From: a virus
Direction: 5' to 3' (one strand)
Length of the DNA: 64,000 nt
Virus record (IMG/VR): IMGVR_UViG_3300043464_002365
Coordinates: 9,877 to 73,876 of that record
Both the position numbers and the translations under genes were made by a program. The notes beneath the pieces are model-generated. The model was given only the letters and a program-made list of their open reading frames with translations, was not told the origin of the DNA and made no database searches. This document shows positions 48,852 through 59,344 of the stretch, one piece after another (within the stretch, counting starts at the first letter, position 1; every line of letters starts with the position of its first letter).

Positions 48852-50222
48852 CTAGGAGATAAGGCTTTCAATCCAGCCAATGTCATCATCTTTACTTGCG
48901 GCAAGAATGGCACCTGCCATTGCAAACGCTAAGTCATCAATTCCAGAAGCTTTACCGCCAGTCACGCTCCATTGTCCACTGGGCTTGTAGATAACAGTGA
49001 GGTTTTTGAGCTGCATAATTGCTTTTTCATGGCGATATAAATTAATTTGTCCTGCATTGAACAATTCTCGCATCTTGCTGAATGCTTTCATCTTGGAGCT
49101 AACAGTCCAAGTGAGTTCCGTGATGGGAAGGTCGCTTGCCAAGCTTTGAATGGTGCCAGCGCTGTTGAACTGGTCCATCACAATGGTGTCGAAGACGTAC
49201 AGACGGTGCTGCTCTTTAATCCAATCTTCCACTGCATTAATATTCACCTCCATTCTTCCATTGATTTCAAAATCAGCCACGAAAGAGTGGAATTTGTCAA
49301 CGACTAGCGTGCCGTTTTCGTAATGCACAATACAAGCAGTGTAGTCGTCACGGCCAACGCCACCACGGGCGGGGTCAAGGGCAAGAACGTAAGCGCCTTG
49401 GAATTCAGGACGGGGAGGCAGGGCTGCACGCATGTCGTCAATACATGCGTCAACAACATCGCTGGCAACGAGGGCGGAGAGATTGGTAGTAAACTGAGCT
49501 GCATATTCCACCTTAAATTTTTCAGGATCTCGCGCTCTTTCGGCGTCAAGAAAGTCCTGGGAAATATTAGGATTCATCACCCAAGTTGGATGATTCTCAG
49601 CAATCATAAATGGAAATCTTCCAGAACTTGCCTCTTGGAAGTGCTGATAAAAAATACCACCGTCTAACCATGGAGAAGAAAGCTCAAGAATGCGTCCTTT
49701 GCCGCCAAACTGAGCGATGGCGGGTGAAAGTGCGTCATAAATGCCCCTGCCGCCGCTATTTGCGTCTCCTTCGGTGGCGAAGGCAAGCTCGTCAAATACA
49801 GCGCCTGCGCAAGCTAGGCCGCGAGCAGCGCGTCCAGATGTAGGCACCGCCTTGAACACGCATCCATTGCTGATTTCAATGATGTCCGCAGTTTCGCGGA
49901 CAATCTCTTGGGCAAAGGGGCTATCAAGAATTAATTGACGGATGTTATTTAATGCAATACGCGCCTGGTCTTGCGAGTTGGCCACCGCAACAATGTACCA
50001 TTTTTCGCCCTTTCTCACCTTGCGCCTGTAATCTTCTTCAAGTACAAAGCACATGTAAACGCAAGCGACTGCCGCCATTAGTGTTTTGCCACTACGTCTT
50101 CCCAGTGCCCACACTGCAGTGGATATTCCAGGGCGGAAAAAATTATCAAGAAGCTCTGCTTGTTTTGGATAAAGAGAAAGCTTTAGCGCGTGACGCGCAA
50201 AGTCTGAGCATCGCAGTGTCAT
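48852..50222 (-). CDS. terL: terminase large subunit
   Basis: GRRSGKT, AVFDELAF, LSSP, LALDPA, MDQFN, DDLAFA. Confidence 0.93.
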   Translation of the reverse strand: MTLRCSDFARHALKLSLYPKQAELLDNFFRPGISTAVWALGRRSGKTLMAAVACVYMCFVLEEDYRRKVRKGEKWYIVAVANSQDQARIALNNIRQLILDSPFAQEIVRETADIIEISNGCVFKAVPTSGRAARGLACAGAVFDELAFATEGDANSGGRGIYDALSPAIAQFGGKGRILELSSPWLDGGIFYQHFQEASSGRFPFMIAENHPTWVMNPNISQDFLDAERARDPEKFKVEYAAQFTTNLSALVASDVVDACIDDMRAALPPRPEFQGAYVLALDPARGGVGRDDYTACIVHYENGTLVVDKFHSFVADFEINGRMEVNINAVEDWIKEQHRLYVFDTIVMDQFNSAGTIQSLASDLPITELTWTVSSKMKAFSKMRELFNAGQINLYRHEKAIMQLKNLTVIYKPSGQWSVTGGKASGIDDLAFAMAGAILAASKDDDIGWIESLIS

Positions 50223-50223
50223 T

Positions 50224-50937
50224 TTAATTGTTGCAAATTTGAGCCTTCCATCCACGATGCACGTTACGATCTCCCCGTGCTACCGCCCTTATTGCGCGAG
50301 GATCAAGGCCGTGCTCGTTGCAGAAGGCAGACAATCGTTCTGGGGTGTGAATTTCCCCAGCAGGACTAATAAGTCTATAAATATGTCTTGCGCGTGAAAG
50401 TGATAATTTTTCTTTTGTTTCTTCCGAGGTTACGCGACCCATTCCAGCAAGCGCGATTTTGCGCTTATGGTCTTCAGACAGCTCTCTTCCCTTGGCGGCT
50501 CTTGATATCTTAAGTCTTGTCTCTATCGAGATTTCTCTACCTTTTTGGCTTTGAGACATTTTCTGTCTTGTTTCTTGGCTGCACTTCCTCCCTGTATGCA
50601 ATTCAATTAGGGCCAGCCTCCTTTCTTCCGATAGTACAGCCCCCGATGGCCCTTTACCCCCATCGCAAAGGTTGCGAAGAACCCCGCGTCCTTTGTCAAT
50701 TCGCCCATACAACGCAATGCAGTATTTTTCAAGACGAAAAGCTTCCTCCTCTGTTAGACCTTCTTGAATGAAAACAATAAATTCTTTAGAACGCGGGGCT
50801 TTAATGGTTCTTTTATTGGAAAAAGCCCTCCTATCTTTGCCTTTACCGATGTAATACGGAGTGTACTTTGCGCCAAACGAAGAGTCGCTGCTCCTCAAAT
50901 AAGCGTAAACATAATAAGGGCAATCAGACTTTTTCAT
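50224..50937 (-). CDS. GIY-YIG homing endonuclease with NUMOD3 repeats
   Basis: YYVYAY...PYYIGKG; SEET(R/K).K(M/I/L)S repeats. Confidence 0.9.
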   Translation of the reverse strand: MKKSDCPYYVYAYLRSSDSSFGAKYTPYYIGKGKDRRAFSNKRTIKAPRSKEFIVFIQEGLTEEEAFRLEKYCIALYGRIDKGRGVLRNLCDGGKGPSGAVLSEERRLALIELHTGRKCSQETRQKMSQSQKGREISIETRLKISRAAKGRELSEDHKRKIALAGMGRVTSEETKEKLSLSRARHIYRLISPAGEIHTPERLSAFCNEHGLDPRAIRAVARGDRNVHRGWKAQICNN

Positions 50938-51424
50938 TGATAACAAGAGAGGAGATGTCGCGCAGTTCATGCTGCGGCACGAAATAAGCAGGACGCCCTT
51001 TGGCAGGGTCCGCCCAATACCGAGGCTGCATCGCGTCTTGACCTAGGCACCACCCGCGAATAATAATATCTTCTTCGATGGTGACAAGAACTAGTTTCTT
51101 CCGAGGATTTTCGTCTTTCTGGACAATCAGATCGCGGCTGTGTCCTTTTCTGGTTTTTACGTCAATCATGCCAGGCAGATCACAAGATCCCCTCACTGCC
51201 ATTGTTTCACTGTATAACCAGTTCTTTAGCCCCAGAAAGGACGCTACAGCCATTTCTCCAGTTGAGCCCAGTACATGAGCCTCCAGCGCCTTGTTTCCAA
51301 GCGCGGGAGCGCCATTGCGTCCACGAAGGCCGCGCTGCTCATTCAGGGACTGCCTTCTGTGCGCCTCCTTTAAAGCCAATGCTTTCTCTTGTTGTGTCAG
51401 GATGACACTGGCCAAGCTTGACAT
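50924..51424 (-). CDS. putative PD-(D/E)XK nuclease
   Basis: G..GEMAVA...DL...IDVKT. Confidence 0.55.
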   Translation of the reverse strand: MSSLASVILTQQEKALALKEAHRRQSLNEQRGLRGRNGAPALGNKALEAHVLGSTGEMAVASFLGLKNWLYSETMAVRGSCDLPGMIDVKTRKGHSRDLIVQKDENPRKKLVLVTIEEDIIIRGWCLGQDAMQPRYWADPAKGRPAYFVPQHELRDISSLVINEKV

Positions 51425-51488
51425 GTGAACGCGGCTGATGCGGCCATCATAGCCGCTAGACTCGGTATAAGGCAACCATTGTGGTCAG

Positions 51489-53576
51489 ATGTCAGAAGAA
51501 GCAGTAGATCTTGGACATGCAAGAGCTGATGGTATTCGCTCTGACGGACTCGCGAACGTCTTAACGGGAATGAACACCGCCCGTGACAAAAGCCAATACA
51601 CTAAAACTACAGCCACTGTTTTTCTTGCGCAAGAAGAACTAGAAAATCTTTATGGTGAATGGCTTCCTCGTCGTATTGTTGACATTTATGCTGATCAAGC
51701 CACTCGCAAAGGCTTCAAAGTATTGTTTGGCGGAGAAGGCGTTAGGGCCGAAGAAGTGCAGGGCATTGAGCAAGTAATTGAAGACCTATACATCCTTGAA
51801 CAGCTCAACCTCGCAGCCAAAAACTCCCGCCTTTATGGGGGTGCTTGTCTACTTCTTTTTATTGACGATGGGCGTCCCGCTTATATGCCTGTCGATAAAC
51901 GGAATATCCGTCGCATCGAAGACATTGAGTGTTTGGACCGATGGCAAATTGCGCCCGTTATTAATGAAGAAAACCTCTACGACTATTCAAAAGCCAATTA
52001 TTATCAGATCATCTCTGGTGATTTAATTAACCAGCCACAGCTCACTTATATCCACAAGGATAGGATTCTTCGCTTTGACGGGGATTGGCTGCCCTATCGC
52101 GTTCGGCAAAGGAATTATGGATGGGGTATGAGCAGCTTGCAAACTGTTTATGACAGCTTCCGCCATTATTGGACTGGCCTGAACTCGGCAGCAACTCTCC
52201 TGACGGAGTTTGATATTTTTGTGCATAAAGTGAGGGGACTTGCGGCAATGCTTGCTGCTGGCAAGGAAAGCTCCATCCGTGACCGTCTGCAAGTGAACGA
52301 TATGAGCAAGAGCATTTATCGCGGCTATGCAATTGACGCTGAGAAAGAAGAGCTGGAATTCATTAGTCGCAACTTTGGTGGCATTGGAGAAATCTTAGAA
52401 AAGCTACGCGTTGATATTATTGGCGCCAGCAAGATTCCTCACACTGTTTTGTTTGGTGAAAGCCCTGGAGGACTGGGCTCTACTGGCCGCAGTGAAGAGC
52501 GTGATTTTGCAAAGACACTAGCCGATTATCAAAGCGTCCATTTCAAGCGGCCCATCAAAAAGCTGATGGAACTGATCATGCTTAGCAAAGAAGGACCGAC
52601 CAAAGGAGAATTGCCTGAATCATGGCGCATCTCCTTTAATCCATTGTTCGAGCTTAATGAGCGCGAAATGGCTGACGTACGGGCGCGTGTGGCGGCTGTA
52701 GACGGCCGTTACATCCAGCTTGGCGTACTGAGTCCCAAGGAGGTGGCGGATGCCCGTTATGGCGGTTCTGAGTGGAGCATGGAGCTTACGCTTGACCCGT
52801 CCGTAGTGCGGGAACTTCCCACTCAAGCCGGGGGTGGTTCCACTCAGGATGGGGGTGGTTCTGGAAAGATGGCAGTGCCTCCTGGTGGCCGCGATCCCAT
52901 GAATGAGGAGAATGGCACGCTTCCCATGGACGGGAGCAGGGAAGTGACAGACTCAGCTTCGCTTCATCTGTCGGGCGATCTTGAGAAAGTGCGTGGCGAC
53001 GTAAAATTCACGGACGAAGCATTGCATTCACGAGCAGTGAGTGCCGCTAAAGCTAAGTTCAAAGTGTGGCCGTCTGCTTATGCCAGCGGCTACGTCGTGC
53101 AACAGTACAAGCAAATGTACAAAAAGAAGCATGGCTCGCTGAGCGGAGCTTTCAAGAGCGACGAACAGGAGCTTCATGCCGATGATCTTGATAAGTGGTT
53201 TAAGGAGAAATGGGTGAGGATTGGCGCTAATGGCGAAATCCTTGGTCCATGTGGCGCTCGTGAAGAGAAAGAAGGCAAGCCCAAGTGCCTTCCCGAAGCC
53301 AAAGCTCAAGCCATGAGCAAAGAAGAACGGCAAACAATTGTGGCTCGCAAGCGCAAAGCCGATCCCAATCCAGAACGTAAAGGGCCAGCAAAGAATGTCA
53401 GCAGCAAAGTGGATGCGCTTGAGCCCATGAAAGTGGAAGGTCTCATCCTTTCTGACGTGGACGAAGCATCGCTGATTAGTCCAGAAGACATTGACGCTGC
53501 ATTGAATCAATGGAAGGAGGAAGCTCCTGAGCGTTTCAAGGATATTCTGGAGGCTGAAGATGCAAGGCCTGAATGA
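51489..53576 (+). CDS. portal protein (DUF1073/HI1409 type) with long C-terminal extension
   Basis: LY...WLPRRIVD..AD.ATRKG, RLYGGA, IHKDRILRF, IPHTVLFGESPGGL, F.PL. Confidence 0.9.
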   Translation: MSEEAVDLGHARADGIRSDGLANVLTGMNTARDKSQYTKTTATVFLAQEELENLYGEWLPRRIVDIYADQATRKGFKVLFGGEGVRAEEVQGIEQVIEDLYILEQLNLAAKNSRLYGGACLLLFIDDGRPAYMPVDKRNIRRIEDIECLDRWQIAPVINEENLYDYSKANYYQIISGDLINQPQLTYIHKDRILRFDGDWLPYRVRQRNYGWGMSSLQTVYDSFRHYWTGLNSAATLLTEFDIFVHKVRGLAAMLAAGKESSIRDRLQVNDMSKSIYRGYAIDAEKEELEFISRNFGGIGEILEKLRVDIIGASKIPHTVLFGESPGGLGSTGRSEERDFAKTLADYQSVHFKRPIKKLMELIMLSKEGPTKGELPESWRISFNPLFELNEREMADVRARVAAVDGRYIQLGVLSPKEVADARYGGSEWSMELTLDPSVVRELPTQAGGGSTQDGGGSGKMAVPPGGRDPMNEENGTLPMDGSREVTDSASLHLSGDLEKVRGDVKFTDEALHSRAVSAAKAKFKVWPSAYASGYVVQQYKQMYKKKHGSLSGAFKSDEQELHADDLDKWFKEKWVRIGANGEILGPCGAREEKEGKPKCLPEAKAQAMSKEERQTIVARKRKADPNPERKGPAKNVSSKVDALEPMKVEGLILSDVDEASLISPEDIDAALNQWKEEAPERFKDILEAEDARPE

Positions 53577-54243
53577 TCTATCAACGTTCGCTGCCGCTCT
53601 TGAACTGCGTCTTGATGAATCCTCATGGCGCTACGACCCCGTTGCTGGCCGTTATCGCGGAAGTAACGGACGCTTCCTTAGTCAGTCTGCCGTTGAAGCT
53701 TTGGTTGATGGTCGAATTAACAAGCTTGGCACTTTGCTACGTCGTCTTACAAACATGCTTAGCAACGGCGATATTACGCTGGTTCAATGGCAGGAAAGCG
53801 TAAGGGAAGCGCTTAAGCTTGCGCATGTACAAGCAGCAATCATTGGCAATGGTGGCAGGGACAATATGCAGGCTTCAGACTGGGGCCGCATCGGTCAGCG
53901 CCTTCGTGCGGAATACCGTTATCTGGAGGGTTTTGCTCGCGATCTTCTGGCTGGGAGCATTTCTACTCCCATGGCTATTGCTCGTATCGGCATGTATGCT
54001 CAAGCTGTGCGAGGTTCTTACTGGGAAGGCAGTGCAATTCGTCAAGAGCGACAAGGCTATAGCCTGATGCGCCGTATCCTCGATCCCCAAGCGAAGCATT
54101 GCGAGGACTGCGTACGTTTTGCTGCACGGGGCGCTGTTCCCATTGGAAGCTTGCCAATGCCAGGGCAGCGTTGTGCGTGCATGAGCAATTGCAAATGCCG
54201 CGTACAATACATGCGTCAACAAGCGCCTGTCGTGGCAGTGTGA
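53560..54243 (+). CDS. minor head / head morphogenesis protein (Mu gpF/SPP1 gp7-like)
   Basis: Follows the portal; HCEDC...PG..CAC..NCKC. Confidence 0.75.
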   Translation: MQGLNDLSTFAAALELRLDESSWRYDPVAGRYRGSNGRFLSQSAVEALVDGRINKLGTLLRRLTNMLSNGDITLVQWQESVREALKLAHVQAAIIGNGGRDNMQASDWGRIGQRLRAEYRYLEGFARDLLAGSISTPMAIARIGMYAQAVRGSYWEGSAIRQERQGYSLMRRILDPQAKHCEDCVRFAARGAVPIGSLPMPGQRCACMSNCKCRVQYMRQQAPVVAV

Positions 54244-54245
54244 GC

Positions 54246-54971
54246 ATGGACGTTTTGGTTGGAAGCACGGGGTTAATTGGAAGAGTGCTGCGCGAGCATC
54301 ACGACTTTGGCTATCTTTTTAGTTCCGAAAATATCCACTTGGCGCCATCGTTAAAACAAGATATTGACAGGCTTTATTTGGCTTGCTTGCCAGCAGAGAA
54401 GTGGAAGGCGAATCAAGCGCCGATGGCAGATTTCGACAATATGTATCACGTGTTGACAAAGATGAGGCTATGGAAGCCGAAAGAAATTATCCTCTACTCC
54501 ACCATTGACGTTTATAGCCAAACTTATAAATACGTGGAAAACTTCCCGGAAATCCATAGCATTAATTATGGCTCCACGCGATACATTTTCGAGCTGTTAA
54601 TTAAGACCACTTTTCCAGAAGCTGCAATTACAGTCGTTCGTCTTCCTGCGTTGTTTCACAGGCGCATTAAGAAAAATATTTTATTTGATCTTCTCAATGG
54701 CAATAACATTGAAAAGATTAATGCCAATTCTTGCTATCAATGGTATGACTTGAAGGACTTATGGCTTCACACTGAGGCGTGTCAAAAAGGAGGAACGCAT
54801 CAATGGTTTTCGGAACCCATCGAGACATTGGAAATTATTGAGAGGTGGTTCCCATGGGCAAAAGCAATCGTCGATTGCGGGCCACGCATTGAGTACAATT
54901 ATGGCCCATATTTTTCCAGCAAAGAAACCACTCTGAAGAAGATGGAGGAATTTATCAGTGCTTGGAATTAG
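54246..54971 (+). CDS. NAD-dependent epimerase/dehydratase-like protein
   Basis: LVGSTGLIG, STIDVY, YG..R, RLPALF. Confidence 0.8.
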   Translation: MDVLVGSTGLIGRVLREHHDFGYLFSSENIHLAPSLKQDIDRLYLACLPAEKWKANQAPMADFDNMYHVLTKMRLWKPKEIILYSTIDVYSQTYKYVENFPEIHSINYGSTRYIFELLIKTTFPEAAITVVRLPALFHRRIKKNILFDLLNGNNIEKINANSCYQWYDLKDLWLHTEACQKGGTHQWFSEPIETLEIIERWFPWAKAIVDCGPRIEYNYGPYFSSKETTLKKMEEFISAWN

Positions 54972-55698
54972 TGCTATTGGCTGGAAGGACGAGGAAGAGC
55001 ATGAAATCTTGAGCGCCAATGCTGGCGCTTTCAATTTCATTGAATTAGTGCCATCCCGCATCTTTGCCAGGAACGAAGATTTTGGCGATATTGCCAAGCG
55101 CTACAGGGAAGATTATGGGCTATGGGCGTATTCAGCCCAGGCATTGTTCTACCACAGTGCAGTGCAAAGCTTTGAAGACACTGCTGCCACTCAAGAGCAT
55201 TTGTTGCGAGTAGTAAAGCTTGGTTCGCTGATGGGCATCAAGCGCTTTGTTCTTGGCAGTCCTGCATTGCGCAGAGGAAGCCCCTCAAGCCTGATGGAAG
55301 CGCTCAAGCGTATGGATTCAATCCTAGAGGCTAATGATGCCATTCTTTGCATTGAACCTATCGCCAAGGCATTCGGTGGAAAGTATTTCTATACAGTTGA
55401 AGAAATTGTCAATCACATTGATTTCTATAATCTGCGCAATGTAAAGACGATGCTCGACACCAATAATGCTTGGCTACAGGGAGATAGCCCCACGAAAATT
55501 ATCAAGCATTATTTCCGCTTCATTGCTCATGTGCATATCAGCGACACTGACAATGGTCCCATCCTTAATCAATATGAGCATAAACAAATTAAGCTTCTTC
55601 TCAATGCAAGTTCATATCAATATGGCATCACTCGCGAACTAGCTAATGCCTCTAAGCATCATCGTGAATATCCCTTATTTAGACAGCTTTATGGCTGA
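54958..55698 (+). CDS. sugar phosphate isomerase/epimerase (TIM barrel)
   Basis: GISAIGW, VLGSP..R, CIEP, LDTNN, HVHISD. Confidence 0.8.
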   Translation: MLGISAIGWKDEEEHEILSANAGAFNFIELVPSRIFARNEDFGDIAKRYREDYGLWAYSAQALFYHSAVQSFEDTAATQEHLLRVVKLGSLMGIKRFVLGSPALRRGSPSSLMEALKRMDSILEANDAILCIEPIAKAFGGKYFYTVEEIVNHIDFYNLRNVKTMLDTNNAWLQGDSPTKIIKHYFRFIAHVHISDTDNGPILNQYEHKQIKLLLNASSYQYGITRELANASKHHREYPLFRQLYG

Positions 55699-56642
55699 GC
55701 GATAATTTGCCTTGCCATTTGCTCGATGGCATAGATGCCCTGGATTTTACCAGTGAAGAAAGAAAACAAATTGTCTTCTTGGCGCATTAGCGGAGTGCGA
55801 TTGGCGCTGCTGTCTTTGGTTTTTGCTTTGATAGAAAGCGTTGGGAATAGATAGTCAAAGCTATCGGTAAAGTCAGGCCAGTAGCGCTCTACGTGCTGCT
55901 CAATCTTGCGTCTTGCATCGTCCGCATTATCAAGCGAATTGTCGGGCATAATTCCATGCTTCACATGGCTTAGCGAGAAGCATTTGTCGTTATATGGATA
56001 GATGGAGAACAATTCGCCGTCAATGTAAGTGAGGGCGCCAAAAGGAAGAGGCTTCTTGGGGCGATAGATGAACATTGCCGCCGCCTCAAAGAAATGAGAA
56101 GGCAATGGCTCCAGGAGGGAGTTATTAGTGCAATCAAAAACAAAGTCGTAATCTTGCTTCAAGCTTTGCAGATTTTCCTTCTTGATTGCTTCTCTCTTGA
56201 CCAGCGAATTTAAATGCCATTGAAAATAATCAGAAGCTTCAATGGCGCTGATTCGCTTTTCGGTGGTATTCAGCAGAAGTGATGTGTGGCAAAATAGCTG
56301 CGCATCTAAGACTTCATGTGGGCCATGGCCCAAGATTGTTGAAATGGTTTCCGCATCGAGCAGACTCTCGTCTTCCGACACTGCATAATAATTATCATCC
56401 ACATCATGCACCACGTTTCCATAGTCTTCCATGAAGCGCACAAAGGTGGTAGCGCACAATCGACGAGTGGCGGCATTCCTGGCGTAGTGGTAGCCATAGT
56501 GCAGCCGATTTTGGTTGATGAAAGACGTTTCTGAAATGAGCGTATGGTTCTTTTCGTACAGCGTCACCTCCGCCTCATCGCGAAAAGCCATTGCCAAATG
56601 GCATCCCACCCAGCCGCCACCAATAATTGCAATGCGCTTCAT
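55689..56642 (-). CDS. FAD-dependent oxidoreductase
   Basis: IAIIGGGWVG, NQNRLHYGYHY.R, DCT, GKI. Confidence 0.85.
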   Translation of the reverse strand: MKRIAIIGGGWVGCHLAMAFRDEAEVTLYEKNHTLISETSFINQNRLHYGYHYARNAATRRLCATTFVRFMEDYGNVVHDVDDNYYAVSEDESLLDAETISTILGHGPHEVLDAQLFCHTSLLLNTTEKRISAIEASDYFQWHLNSLVKREAIKKENLQSLKQDYDFVFDCTNNSLLEPLPSHFFEAAAMFIYRPKKPLPFGALTYIDGELFSIYPYNDKCFSLSHVKHGIMPDNSLDNADDARRKIEQHVERYWPDFTDSFDYLFPTLSIKAKTKDSSANRTPLMRQEDNLFSFFTGKIQGIYAIEQMARQIIAQP

Positions 56643-57337
56643 CAGATGTCAATACAAAGGTGGGGCTGCATGCCTTGCCAATTGCTTTTGGCTTTGGCCA
56701 GTTCTAGCTGAGGGAAGTATTCGATACGACGCTGCATACCAGTGCCATAGGGATCTGCGTGCCCTTGATAGTTCCATTCGTCCGGGCCATGCTTGTCTGG
56801 ATGATAGATGTGGCATGGTACGTCCTGAAGCTTCCAGAGCATATAGTCCTCGTTGGGAACGCCCCACTGCTTCCATTGCTGCAGCGCCTCTGGTGAGCTG
56901 TCTGTGTTCTTGATGGCCATCAAGCGCTCCTTGTGGGCCATGAGGTAGTCGTGGCGGTAAAGACCGATGCTCATGGAGGGCGTGTGCTTCATTGCCACCT
57001 TTTCTGGCGCTTCCACTGGAGGCTTGTAAGCGAGCTGTCTAAAAGTGGGGCCTGCAATGCAAGTGTCGTGCAGGAGGAACCAATATGGACTCTCCATCGA
57101 ATGCTCAACAATTTCAATGAGCGGCGTGTATTCAAAGGAATTTTGCTGCGTCAGCAGCATTGGCACATTTTTGTAGCTGGTAAAAGCCCTGACGGTTTGT
57201 CCTCCATTGACAATCAAAATTTCCTCTGGCTTTAGTCCAGCAGCAAGCAAGCTAGGAATAATGACGGGAATTGTGTGCGGAGCAAACTTCTTGCACGTAC
57301 TAATGCAAAAGCGGATTGAGCCTTCTGGAAGAATCAT
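56642..57337 (-). CDS. putative glycosyltransferase (GT-A-like)
   Basis: NSFEYTPLI...WFLLHDTC; gene context. Confidence 0.55.
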   Translation of the reverse strand: MILPEGSIRFCISTCKKFAPHTIPVIIPSLLAAGLKPEEILIVNGGQTVRAFTSYKNVPMLLTQQNSFEYTPLIEIVEHSMESPYWFLLHDTCIAGPTFRQLAYKPPVEAPEKVAMKHTPSMSIGLYRHDYLMAHKERLMAIKNTDSSPEALQQWKQWGVPNEDYMLWKLQDVPCHIYHPDKHGPDEWNYQGHADPYGTGMQRRIEYFPQLELAKAKSNWQGMQPHLCIDI

Positions 57338-57398
57338 CTAGCCTCCTTTTGCCGTCAGTATAAAAGGCCCTTAAGATGACGAAGATTCAGAGGAGATC

Positions 57399-58622
57399 AT
57401 GGCTCGTATTCTGTACTGTGGCGATGCTTTTGTAGAAACTGGCTTTGGGAGAGTGGCTCAATATTTGCTTCCCGCACTAGCAGAAGAGCATGAAGTGGCG
57501 GTTTTGGCGGTCAACTTTCACGGAGACCCCCATCCAGAAGCAAAGAACTATACGGTTTATCCAGCCATGCTTCATGGCTCCGACCCATTTGGCTCTCATC
57601 GCATTGCGAGCGTCATCCAAGCTTTTAAGCCTGATCTTGTATGGGTGACAAACGATATTTGGATTGCCTTGAATCTATGGGAAAAGGCGAAACCCCTCAA
57701 GGAGCAGCTCGGTTTCAAATGGTTCGTTTACACGCCCATTGATTCCTACGGTTTGTTCCCAGATCTGGCCAAGCCCATGATGGAGTGGGACGGCCTTGCC
57801 ACCTACACAGAATTTGCGAAGAAAGAGCTTGAGCTAATGGGCTACACAAAGCCCGTGCGCATCATTGGTCATGGCACTGATTTCACGAAGTTCTTCCCGC
57901 TCGACAAGCAGGAATGCCGCAAGAAACTTGGCGTGCCAGAAGATGTGTTTGTCGTGTTCAATGGCAACAGGAACCAGCCGCGTAAGCGCATCGACCTGAC
58001 CATTAAAGCATTCATCAAATTTGCCAAGGACAAAGACGATGCTCGGCTATGGCTCAATATGGGCAGCAAGGATTTGGGATGGGAATTGGTTCCATTATTT
58101 AAGCGCGTTGCGCGTGACGAAGGGTTTGATGCCACTGGCAAGCTTATTTTGACAAGCCCGCATTATTCAGTGGACAATTGCCTCCCCATTGAACAGCTCA
58201 ATCAAGTGTATAACGCTGCTGATATTGGCATTAACACTTGCATTGGCGAAGGGTGGGGCTTGGTTAATTCGGAACATGGTGCCACTGGCGTGGCGCAAGT
58301 GGTTCCTGATCATACGAGCTTGGCTGAAATTTTTGATGAGATGCCTCGCATTGAATGCAACGCCAGTGAAACCGATAGAAACTATGGGCTTGAGCGATTG
58401 TTGCCAGATCCAGAGTGTGCCGCCAATATCCTCACTTATTACTATGAGAATCGCGACATTTTGAAGAAGCATGGCCAATGGTGCTATAACCGTCTGCATG
58501 AAGAGCCCTTTACTTGGCCCTACATTCAGCAGCAGCTCAAGGATGCAGTGAATGAAACACTAGCCATCAAGCCTGCGGAGCCTGAATTCAAAGGCTTTGG
58601 CACTCCCGCGAAAATCGCCTGA
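57399..58622 (+). CDS. glycosyltransferase family 4 (GT-B)
   Basis: TGFGRVA, NRNQPRKRID, YNAAD...GEGWGL..SE. Confidence 0.9.
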   Translation: MARILYCGDAFVETGFGRVAQYLLPALAEEHEVAVLAVNFHGDPHPEAKNYTVYPAMLHGSDPFGSHRIASVIQAFKPDLVWVTNDIWIALNLWEKAKPLKEQLGFKWFVYTPIDSYGLFPDLAKPMMEWDGLATYTEFAKKELELMGYTKPVRIIGHGTDFTKFFPLDKQECRKKLGVPEDVFVVFNGNRNQPRKRIDLTIKAFIKFAKDKDDARLWLNMGSKDLGWELVPLFKRVARDEGFDATGKLILTSPHYSVDNCLPIEQLNQVYNAADIGINTCIGEGWGLVNSEHGATGVAQVVPDHTSLAEIFDEMPRIECNASETDRNYGLERLLPDPECAANILTYYYENRDILKKHGQWCYNRLHEEPFTWPYIQQQLKDAVNETLAIKPAEPEFKGFGTPAKIA

Positions 58623-58627
58623 TCGCC

Positions 58628-59344
58628 ATGCAGATTTCACAAATCTTTCTTTCCACTGATCCAACGGAAGAGCTGAGCCCATTTCTTAAGCACGCCACTG
58701 GCACCATTGATGCGTGCTTTCCCAGTGCGGAGCATGTCATTTACAGCGACGCTTCACTGCGTGCTTTTATTGCGGAGAACTACGGGGAAGAAGTGGTGTG
58801 GGCATATGATTGCTTGGCGCCATTTTCTTACAAAGCAGATCTTGGGCGGTTTTGCTTGTTAAACAAACTTGGTGGCTGGTATTTTGATATTGGCGTGAGG
58901 GCTTTCAATGCAGTGGACCTTGGCGACCGCATTGAATTCTTGGCCTTCCGCGATATTCAACGCTTTAGCTATACCAGTTGGGCGTGTGCTACGACTGTGC
59001 TCTATTCCAAGCCTGATAACAAGGCTTTGCAGACTGCCATTGAAATGATTGTGGCAAATTGCAAAGAGCAATACTATGGCATCACGCCACTGTGCCCCAC
59101 TGGTCCAACGCTATTGGGCAAGGCGCTTGCTTTCAACGGAAGTCAAGCCAATTTTGTCTATGGCGACTATCTGGAGCTCACTCCCACCTATGGTCAAAAG
59201 AACAGAGGGTTTGTCTTACCTGATGGTACGATCATGGCTTGGAGCAAACCCGCAGGAGGTGGGGACTTGACTGGTCTTGGCGCTAAAGGTGTGAACAATT
59301 ACAACGAGCTTTGGGCAGCGAGGAAAGTGTATGCAGCCGTCTGA
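58628..59344 (+). CDS. glycosyltransferase family 32 (OCH1-like, DXD)
   Basis: KADLGRFCLL..LGGWYFD, TGPTLLG. Confidence 0.85.
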   Translation: MQISQIFLSTDPTEELSPFLKHATGTIDACFPSAEHVIYSDASLRAFIAENYGEEVVWAYDCLAPFSYKADLGRFCLLNKLGGWYFDIGVRAFNAVDLGDRIEFLAFRDIQRFSYTSWACATTVLYSKPDNKALQTAIEMIVANCKEQYYGITPLCPTGPTLLGKALAFNGSQANFVYGDYLELTPTYGQKNRGFVLPDGTIMAWSKPAGGGDLTGLGAKGVNNYNELWAARKVYAAV

